A stretch of DNA of 63,912 nt, filler included, from Olpidium bornovanus S191 (lineage: Eukaryota > Fungi > Olpidiomycota): assembly GCA_017911155.1 (NCBI GenBank). It is 27 parts of 27 records of this genome, joined end to end, with 100 filler letters (N's around TTAATTAATTAA, not from the genome) between each part and the next. Parts side by side here need not be neighbours in the genome. Positions count along the whole stretch, not along the records: positions 37,159 to 39,464 come from JAEFCI010008470.1; positions 39,565 to 41,192 come from JAEFCI010003413.1; positions 41,293 to 45,439 come from JAEFCI010000152.1; positions 45,540 to 46,573 come from JAEFCI010003100.1; 23 more parts are not named here. One strand, given 5' to 3'. The notes under the pieces were generated by a model. That model was not told where the DNA came from. It made no database searches and saw only the letters and a list, made by a program, of their open reading frames with translations. Each line of letters opens with the position of its first letter. Position 1 is the stretch's first letter. Both the position numbers and the translations under genes were made by a program. Shown piece by piece: positions 37,244 through 46,673 of the stretch.

Positions 37244-37576
37244 CGACGGGGGGATTGTAGTGGACACTCTATTATTCCCATATTCCTCCGCCCAACGCAT
37301 CGCCTTCTATCGATGTACCGTTCGACCCTGATGCCTCCCGTTCGATCTCAATGCTTCCGTTCGACCCCGAGACCTCTCGCTCGACCTCGAAGCCCTTCGC
37401 TCGATCCCAATGCTCTTGCCTGACTTCGATACCCACCGCTCGAGCTCGATGTACCGCCTACTCCCCCTTATTGGTTGGGCCCCCCAATCGAGGGGGGCCC
37501 CAGTACGTAAACCCCTGGTGTCCCCCCCTCCTCTAATAAACACAAGAAACCCTCGCCGGACACACCACCCACAACA
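37244..37576 (+). mobile_element. Putative 3' LTR with upstream polypurine tract
   Basis: GACGGGGGGAT is followed by TGTAGTGG at 37256. Internal tandem repeats, a hairpin at 37477-37500, AATAAA at 37535, and candidate ends GGACACA (37564) or CACAACA (37576). Confidence 0.45.
37319..37454 (+). repeat. Seven degenerate tandem 19-20-bp units with a TCGA core
   Basis: Units start at 37319, 37339, 37358, 37378, 37398, 37418 and 37437; consensus CGYTCGAYCYCRATGCYYY. Confidence 0.75.
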
Positions 37577-38530
37577 CCGCCCGCTAGACTTTGACCGTGA
37601 AATACAAACGCCTTGCCCCGCGACCTCCTTCGACAAAGGACCTGACCGCTGCGTACAGAGCGTAACCCGTTTTCCACAGTACAAAACCGGATCAAGAATG
37701 CCAGGTCCGTTGCCGGCCACCTCCAGGAACTGGAGAAAGCTGGAAAGGGGCCTTCCCCCGTTATCAGGGAGGAATTCCCTGATGGGAAAGTCCAGGACCT
37801 TGCTGCAATGTGCCGCAGGCTAGTGGACCTGGCGTTCGGATCTGGATTTCGAGGAGATAGAGTCAAATATTTCAAAAGCTGGCTGCGTACTTAGATGGAG
37901 TTGTTGAATAGTGTGTTACAAGTTTTATAAGAAATGCCGGACGAACCGACATTTTCTGGTGGACAGGCAATTTCAGAGGGAGTTTGTCATGAGGAGGGTG
38001 TTAGGGAGATTTCCAAAATTTTGCGACGCCCAGCCGGACTAGTTCGAGCGTTTTGTTTGTTTTGTATGGAACGGCACCAAACGCCTGAGCGGCATAAAGC
38101 CGCTCCACACCGCTCATACGCGGAAAGGTCGCATCGCTTGCCGGCCGGACCGGACCGCCTTCAGATGATTCTTCTTTTTAGAATAAAAGGTGGAATTTTA
38201 GCGATTGGAATGAGAAATAGAAAGATAGAGAAAATCAAAAACGGAAATAGTTCGTCGCCGAGTGGTGAAAAGGTCGTCTCCAACGGCGTCGGGGGGGGGA
38301 AGGATGGCCTTTGACGTAGGCGTGTAGCTGCGGGGACCAGTTCCCGCGGGGCCTGCCAGCCGGAGGTCCATGCGGTCGTACTGAGCGTGCGTCCTTGGCT
38401 CTACTCGTCTAGCGTACAGATTGCGAGCTTAGCAGGGAGAGAGAGAGAAGCAACCGGGGAACGGATGAAAGAATGAGGAGGGGGAAAAAAATGTCGTTGA
38501 CTCGCGGCGCTTTCCGCCCGGTCCCTTCCG

Positions 38531-39464
38531 TCAGTCCGCCCGGATGGTGACGTTGTTGTTCAGGTATATTGCGAGCCGGGAAAGAATCTCCATCCGTTTC
38601 GCCACGGGTATTGTTCGATCGGCGGTTATTTGAGAGTACCGTAGCCTGACAAGGCTCGGGTTCGCACGGCTAGGACACTGCGACCTGCAACCGGCGGGGG
38701 CGGAGGCGAGGGTTAGGGTTGGCGAAGGGAAGTGGAGGGGAGGACAAGAAGAAGCCGAGCCATGCCCAAAACAAAAAATATCAGTAAACACACATACGAA
38801 AATAAAGAGGGTAAGGAAAGAAAAGAAATTTGCTTGCACTGTTCCAAATTAATTGGAAGCCTCTTGACCTCTTCGAGGCCAATACGGCAAAATACAAAAC
38901 AAAAATATTGAAAACGCGTGTTACTCACAGGACGTGGCCGGCCTGCAGACATATCACGCACCTCCCCGGAAAGAAACCGGCGATCGGGCCGGCAGGCCCG
39001 CCGGATCCGGTAAACGCGGGGACCGAGTTCGTTATCAACGAGGCCGCCGCCAGACTTTTCGACACGGGAAAGGCGCCCACAGCCGGTGCGGTCGCTGGTC
39101 GACTCGGCACTGCGGCGCCAGCGCCGGTGCCCGGCGACGGAACAACGAAGGACAGCTGATGGCGATGAAAGGCAATCGGCGGCTGCTGGCCCGTCGCGCC
39201 TTCGGCGACCGACCCCGGAACCGCCGGCAGCGGAGGGCCTGCTCTCGAGGTGGAGGACGAAGAGCAGGGGGGAAACGCGGTGGCGGTCACCGAGGAGAGC
39301 CGCGGAGCCAGAACGTGGTTTGGCCGTTGCGGGCTCTCTCGTTTCGCGCTGTTCAGCGCCGCGTCGACTTTCGCTAGTATCGCCGCCCTTTCCGAAAGTT
39401 GCAGCGCCGCGTCCCGGACCACCCTTTCTCGCCGCTCGAGCAGTTTAGCCGCCGAACTCATGTC
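38531..39464 (-). CDS. Hypothetical protein with C-terminal CCHC zinc knuckle, 5'-truncated
   Basis: Exons >39464-38929 and 38684-38531. Removing the GTGAGT...GCAG intron (38928-38685) creates CVICLQAGHVLSQCP = C-x2-C-x4-H-x4-C. It is preceded by a coiled-coil-like and then a Pro/Ala/Ser-rich region. Confidence 0.7.
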
Positions 39465-39712
39465 NNNNNNNNNNNNNNNNNNNNNNNNNNNNNNNNNNNN
39501 NNNNNNNNTTAATTAATTAANNNNNNNNNNNNNNNNNNNNNNNNNNNNNNNNNNNNNNNNNNNNACTTCGGGAAATAATCGGGGCGGGAATCATCGGGAC
39601 GGCGCGGGAGCAAACGTGAAACAGCCCGAGATGGAAGGAGCACAAGGAAAATAACCATAGATTATATAGATTAGGGGCGACCATGGCCCTTAGCGCGCCC
39701 AGTGAGGCGTAA

Positions 39713-39951
39713 TGTTAGAAAAAAGGGGGACCGGGAAAGGGGGAGGCTGAGTCGCGGATACACTGCGCGCCCAACCCCTGTAGCCCCTTTGTGTAATACT
39801 TAGACGCCCGCCATATAAAATAGGCCCCGCAACGCTAGAAGAATAACGGACGAAATACAGTTGTCTTCTACCTCTCCGTTCACGGGCTCGTTCGTCCCCG
39901 TCTGCGGGTTCCTCGGGTTCTTCTACCTTCCGCCCATACCTTTTTGCAACA
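39713..39951 (+). mobile_element. Possible solo LTR (239 bp)
   Basis: TGTTAG...GCAACA termini, internal CATATAAAA, then a CT-rich tract. It ends in GCAACA like the 4715 LTR. No target-site duplication is seen. Confidence 0.4.
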
Positions 39952-41869
39952 CACCCCCCCCCACCACCACCACCAAAAAACCAAAAAAAAAAAAAAGAAG
40001 AGAGCAATGGCCACGGCATCGCGACCCCAATTCTCGGCCTCGGAGAACATCAAAAAAACACATCCTCGGCGCCCACGCATTGCACGCCGCTTCCTCTAGA
40101 TTCAACGAAAAGTCGGCGCCCGCCGGCCGGAAATTCTACTACCAACTGTTATTTCCTCTTGCAGAAGGGCTTTGATAGAAATGCCGGGCCCCGAGATAAA
40201 TGCGATTTCCGGGTGCGGAGAGCTTGGTGTAATCTGATCCGCGGCGCTTTGCGTCGCTCACGCCCGGCGATGTCGGCGACAGCTGAGCATTCAATCGTGA
40301 AGTAGAGATATTGAGATCATCCCACACTTGCACGCAAGGCCAGAGTCGTGAACCGCGGGTTACCGCCATTATGTGCGTGCGGGAAAAAAAGTTGCAAAAG
40401 ATGAATCTGGGTTTGCCAGATCTCCAACCGGAGGCGCACAGGAACGTAAACTGTTAGCGAGCCTGGATGCAAACGCGCTTGAGAACCGCGCGAAGCAAAC
40501 ATTCCGCTGCACCGTTCGGCGCAGGAGTCTCGCAGGGTAGTTGTGGCCGATTTGATGCCAAACGCAAAGAGGTGGGTAGAGGTGTTTTTTTTTTTGGAGA
40601 GGAGCTAGCCTCCCCGGCTGATGGGTATTGGCGGAACTGACAGCTGAACTGGCGCTCGACGCAGGTAGGATAACGAAACGCCACGAGCGCCGCGGCAGAC
40701 TCGCGAGACTCCGTGAAATAGGTCATTACGTTGAGAGGGGGGGGTATGCGGTTAGCTGTGAATTGATACGGGAAATGGTCCGACGTCGTCAGCGTTTATG
40801 GCTCGAGAGAGGGGCCAGGTAGTCGATGACGAGGGTTTCAGCCGACTTGTCAATTGGCGCAATCCACAAAAGTGCGGTAAGCCACCTTGTGGGAGGCTAA
40901 TATAGGTGCGCTCGGCGGCGCCGCCGAAGGTTGGCTATGCCGACATGGCGTGTCCTCGGGCGAAAAGCGGATGAAGCCGTGGAAAGAGAGCGAAGATCGG
41001 TATCAACCGGATGAACGTACGCTGCGTGACCGACAGTCGTAAAACCGTCCGCGGTGAAAAAGGATGTTATAAACCTCAATCGGGACGCACGCACGACCGA
41101 GAACAAGAATGCAAGAGTCGGCGTGCATAGGCAGATAGGATGGCTCGCCCTCTGCGTTGTGCATCGGAACAGAACCGATGCCATCAGCCATGNNNNNNNN
41201 NNNNNNNNNNNNNNNNNNNNNNNNNNNNNNNNNNNNTTAATTAATTAANNNNNNNNNNNNNNNNNNNNNNNNNNNNNNNNNNNNNNNNNNNNCCTTCTTT
41301 TCTCTCACTTCTTATGCTTCAGAATCATCTGGCAGCTGATTGCGCGCGTTTCATCATCCGCGAAGAATTCGAGTGCGGGGCCGTTTTGTGTGTTTGCCGG
41401 CGAAACGGGCATGGAGAAACGGCCGTCTGGTTCCCACGGTCGCAGGCCTCTTTTTGGCTGCGACCGTGTGCTTCCGCGGATGCGCCCAAGGCGTTTCGGG
41501 CCACGACGCAACGGCCGGTGGTTTTGCATAGCGAGCGGGGGAAACCTTCTGTGGTTCAAAAAATTTGACAAGCGCGCCAAAAAAAACCGGAAAAAATAAT
41601 GTTATTCGCCTGTGATCCCGCCCGTTTTCTTACTAAATGAAAACGCGTGTGGGTGGGCGGTGTATGTGGAGGGGGGGGGTTGGGGTTGGGGAAACGGGCG
41701 CGTTTTTTCCGAACACGCAGACCTGAACGGCAGGAAGCGTTGGCGCTCTTTCCAAACCGCCTGACTGGTCAAGCGAGCATCCTCTGGTTTTCCCATACAA
41801 GAACAGTTCAAAAAACATGGCCCGAGGTGCTGAATCGTGGGAGGAATTGCGAAAAGCGCTGACCGCCGA

Positions 41870-42730
41870 ATATTGTACCGGGGAACACTTTGAGGGCAAC
41901 AACAGATGCATTCTTGGAGCTGTTGCAAAGTAGCCGTGAAGACAACTTCAAAAAGCACATCGAGGCTCTTAATGCTCTACACCTACAACTCCGCATCAGG
42001 GAAATTCCGCAAGGGGCTGCAAACCCAGGTGAGAGCTCGCGTATTCCTCACGGTGCCAAATCTCGACAGCTTAGCTGCCGTACAAAGCTGCCCGGCGTGG
42101 GCAGCGCATCAATGGCAACAGAGCTCCCAAAATTGTTGAGGGCCGGCGCGGAAACCAAATCAAAGGGCACAGAGCCCAGGGACCTCACAAAACGTCAAGT
42201 GTAACAATTACGAACAAGGAGGGACACCTGGCGCGAAGCTGCCGCCACGCCTTGCAAAGATCAAGGATAAACAGGAAAACAAGCCCGACAAATCCGCATT
42301 CCGACAAGGAGAATGCCGTCGCGACTGCAGGCAAAAAGATTGCCAAGGATGAGGAAGAACTGCAAGCGGCCCCGGCCTCAGGCATAGGAAATCACTGGGC
42401 CGCTCCCCGCAGGATCCGTGACCGAAGGAACCTCCGTCACAATGGACAGTGATCTGCAACCTGCCATATGATCCTGGATTTCAATGATTTAAAGTGACAA
42501 GGCCATCGGACATAAAAGCATGTGCGCCGTTTAAAAACAATAAACTGGTAACAGCAAAGGGGACGGTAGAGTTCAAGACAATCGACGGAAGCCGCCTCAT
42601 ACTGCATAACGCGATGCACACGCCGACATCTAGAATGCCGCTTTTTTCAATTCCAGCGTGCGACCTACAACATTTTCCAAGCCCAACGGCAACGCCTATG
42701 TTTTCCCACAACGGTGTTGTCGTAGCAACT
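41870..42730 (+). mobile_element. Degenerate Ty1/copia gag-protease relic
   Basis: Gag-like LLQSSREDNFKKHIEALNALHLQL; frameshifted knuckle KCNNY..KEGHLARSC (about 42190-42250); frameshifted MDS.SATCHM; VTAKGTVEFKTIDGSRLILHNAMHTP...LFSI. Confidence 0.6.
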
Positions 42731-43109
42731 CAAACGATTGACACCGATGATTCTACCGGGACGGCACGCCAACCTACGCCGATGACGGCAACGACAGCAC
42801 GACCGCAAGCGTACAAGCGCCAAATGAGTACGAGACTTGGCGCGGCGCGCACCAGGTCACATCTGTTGAGAAGTTTCTCCTGCACATCACGTGACCGCAT
42901 AAACCAGCAGACGGAGAAAGCGCCGGATGCGACGTGCGGCACCCGAGGGCCGAATGGAGGACTCGGGAACAAAATCGCGGAAGTCAGGATGCAACATCTT
43001 GCGTCAATTCTGAATTTCGGGAACGCCAAGGGGGGTGGCGTCGGCTCGACAGGAAAGATTTTGAGAACGCTAAGAACGTCGCGCTGTCGCACTGAGCAAT
43101 GGGCTAGGT

Positions 43110-43300
43110 GAGAAATCAATGCGTACGAAATCGATTCGTTGCACGCTTCGTCTTGCGAACACGGCTGCTCCAGCCAGGTAACGCTGCCAGTTGTCCGCTT
43201 TCCCACTACTGTAATACATAATGGACTTTTTTATTTGGCGTAATATTGACTTTTTCACCGATATAGTCTGAGCCTGCGAGGCGTAATCGTCGAAGGGGGG
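43110..43300 (-). mobile_element. Degenerate retroelement integrase C-terminal core fragment (gypsy-like)
   Basis: KSILRQIKKSIMYYSSGKADNWQRYLAGAAVFA resembles the integrase N..L...L..Y......W...L..A.FA helix. Confidence 0.4.
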
Positions 43301-44539
43301 GGGGGGAATGTGCGTGGCCATGCTTGGCACGATTGCCTGTGATGTGCCTTTCAGGTTAGCCTTTCTTTGCGTCAGATGGCACTTGAAGGGCCGAGTCGAT
43401 TTTTCACTTGGCCCACAGCGGTCTCGTCACGCCTCCTGTGTCAACGGTTGACCTCACAACCCGCTTTCCGTATCCAGCTATTTGCGGAATGGACGTGTAC
43501 GCCGGCAGCGCCCAAGCCTCTCGTACGCGGGCGGCCTTCCAAGTTCTTTGCCGAGTTCGTCGTCGGCCCACAAAATGCCCCCCGCACCCTGTTATACGGC
43601 CTGCCGAAAGGGCTCTCGCCCTTTGTCGTTTACATTCTCCACGCGACGTACAGCTCCCGACGTGGGGCCCCGAACATCTGCGCAAAGCGGGGCCGGCTCT
43701 GCAAAGCTCGCCTTGAGGGACGCTGTTCAGTGCCACCAATTTCTGGGAAGACTCTCTGAAGGGACGGGGGACGAAAGTAGGGATGGCCCCGTCACTTGTG
43801 TCTTCGAGCTACCACCACCAGCGGTAAGGCATCGAGACGTCGCCAGCGGGGCCGCGCGGGTCATCTGTCAACCATCGCGGTCCCATGGAAGCTGGCCTCC
43901 CAATCCCGTGCAAATCAGTCGCATCTCATTTTGTGAGTGCGGGTTTGCTTCCAAAAAATCCATCCTCCATAAAGGCAAAATGAAATATTTAAAATGCTGG
44001 TGTCTGATCAACGGCGAGTCCTCGTCCTCATCATTTTGGAGTGCCGATGGGGGGCTGTGCCTTCCGCCCTGTTCCCCCGCGGCTGCCGCAGGCGCTTTGA
44101 CTGCCCTCTTCTTCGGACACGACAACGTCAAGCTCATCAACGGCGATGCATCTCCGCCTTTTTGCACCACCTGCTACACCCTCCTGTTGGTTGGGAGACG
44201 GGTGCCCCGTCACGTGACCCCATGCAGCGTACATCGACGCCTTCCCTGTTGTTTTCCGGTTACTCTTTCCGTTCCCCGCGTCGCTCCCGCAACTCCGAAA
44301 TAAACAACACCTCCCGCCAGGTTTATGTCGCATTCCGACTTGATGTCAGTAACTTTTTGGACTTCCAAAAAAGGTTGAAATCGATCCGCGTAAGAATTGA
44401 CGTGATACGCGTTGCGGGCGGGCGGGTGCACGCTTTGCGAAGTGCCGCCCCGGAAATGGAATCTGGACCTCACAAACCTCGTGCCTTGAGAGCAACTGCG
44501 TCTGCGATGATTGAAACTGACATCGATGTCCGCAGGACG

Positions 44540-45439
44540 ATTCGCCCGAGACCCCCGAAATTATCATAGATTCTGGGGCCACAGATCACATGTTTGTCCA
44601 AGATCAGACAATCACTACAGGACACGGCGAGAAAGTCATGATCGAGGTGTCAGATGGAGACACAATTCCAGCCGCACATTGCGAACCGGTCTGCCTTTCA
44701 ACCCCGCAAGGAGACATTGAGTTGACTAATACCCTCTCCGTGCCAACCTTCGCCTCTTCATTGTTCCCTGTCACTCGCGCATGCGACCACAATGCTACCG
44801 TTTTATTCATGAAGGCGGGAGTTTTCATCCGAGACGCTGATACCAACGTTCTTCTGGCAACAGGCACGCGCCAAACCCAAACCAACCTCTACACGTTGGA
44901 TGCCATTGTCACAAGCCCGATGCCTGCACCGTCTCGAGCTTTGACCACCCGGTTACCTATTTCTACCTGGCACCAACACCTAGGCACAGACACTATTCGT
45001 CAGATTATAACCCTCCGAGCTCACTCCGAGGAGGAGAATGATAATGTCCAGGAGACACTAAGATGCGAAGTGTGCTCGCGCGGGAAGGCCACACGTATTC
45101 CCCATAAACCCAGCAAGACTGAGCAGCATGCCCTTATGGAACTCGTGCATGCAGATGTCGTTGGTCCCATGGAGCTTAGCCTCTCAGCGAACAAATACAT
45201 TTTCACTTGGATTGACGACTCCAGTCGTTTTGCTGTCACCTACGCTTGTCCTATCCGATTTGCCAAAACTTCTCTCGCCTGTTTCAAGCGCATGCTTGCG
45301 GCGGGCGAACGCACTACTGGCATGAAGCTCAAAATTCTCAGGACTGATCGGGGTGGCGAGTACATTAACGACAATTTTACTTCCTTCCTGAACGGTAACG
45401 GAATCCACCATCAATTGACGATTTGCTTGACGCCTGAAC
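44540..45439 (+). mobile_element. Ty1/copia pol fragment: protease, GAG-pre-integrase, integrase core
   Basis: IIIDSGATDHM, LTNTLSVP, NLYTL, WHQHLG, CEVCSRGK, ELVHADVVGP, KYIFTWIDDSSRF, KILRTDRGGEY in copia order (PR then IN); runs off the contig. Confidence 0.92.
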
Positions 45440-46673
45440 NNNNNNNNNNNNNNNNNNNNNNNNNNNNNNNNNNNNNNNNNNNNTTAATTAATTAANNNNN
45501 NNNNNNNNNNNNNNNNNNNNNNNNNNNNNNNNNNNNNNNCATGCACCCCGTCGTCCTCCGAATACTCCAACCGGCAGTGTTGACTGGCCTCAATCGTTCG
45601 TCGCCAAGCACAGACAAAACACCGTGATGCCGGCCCGTTCTCCTTGTCGACTGCATTCCGTGAGCGGGGCGTGGGCCTGGGCAAGTGCCGACTTTTTTCT
45701 CCCGTAGAGTCCGCTCGCTCGAATTTCTGGGTTGTAATGACCCAGGGGTTGGGCCCTGTTGTACGTTTAACCGGCAAACCTGACTTGGGCAATCCCACGG
45801 CGGCGGACGGGACCCCCCCCCCCTGCGGGCGGGGTCGGGGGCGGGTTTCGCCGGCGTGAACCGCGGGTCTGTCGATGAAAGCAGATTCGCGAATCGCCGG
45901 AGGGGCACGTTCCCGCGCGCCGGGCGCCTTCGCACGCTCCCCAGCTCCCGGCGTGCCTGTCACAGGCTGCGGCTGGCGGGGATCCTGTCGCACCGGACCC
46001 GGATGCCACCCGGGGATCGGAGAGGATCTTCCGCCGCTGCGGTTGGGCAACGCCCCGTTGCTCAAAATCCCGATCAAAAAAAAACGTTTGGCGAAAGACG
46101 CGGGGTTAGCGCCTCTCGCGCCTCAATTGGGTAGCTACGCGGCCGGTCTTTTCGTGCCGGCCGCGGGAGTACCGAACTCTTTTCCAAGTAACCCGCATGG
46201 CCGAGGCGGGAAACCCCGGAGATGCAGTGTCGGTGGGGCCTGGTGGGCTTTTTTCGGTCCATTTTTTTGTTGCTATTTGGTCTCGGTCAACCACTCCGTC
46301 TGCCTCCCAAATACGGGGACGGTTGGGATTCAGGCCCCCAACTGGTGGGTTCGATTCCCACGGTTGCTCTGCTTTTCAAAGACATAAGAGGTCTTTGACA
46401 ATCAACTGCCGAAGGGGTTGCGGGGCCCGGCCGCCCGGCCGGGCCTCCTTCTCCCGCACAGGCAAACATTTTCGCTTTCTGTCGCATTTTGTATTTAAGG
46501 CGCACGACGAGAAAACGGCGTTGGCGACGGAAAGGTTTTTTTTTTTTGCTTATCTCCGCTCAAATCAGCCATGNNNNNNNNNNNNNNNNNNNNNNNNNNN
46601 NNNNNNNNNNNNNNNNNTTAATTAATTAANNNNNNNNNNNNNNNNNNNNNNNNNNNNNNNNNNNNNNNNNNNN

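Noticed and set aside
37319-37454. Possible mini-CRISPR array
   Set aside because: Units are contiguous and degenerate with no unique spacers, no cas genes, and the context is eukaryotic.
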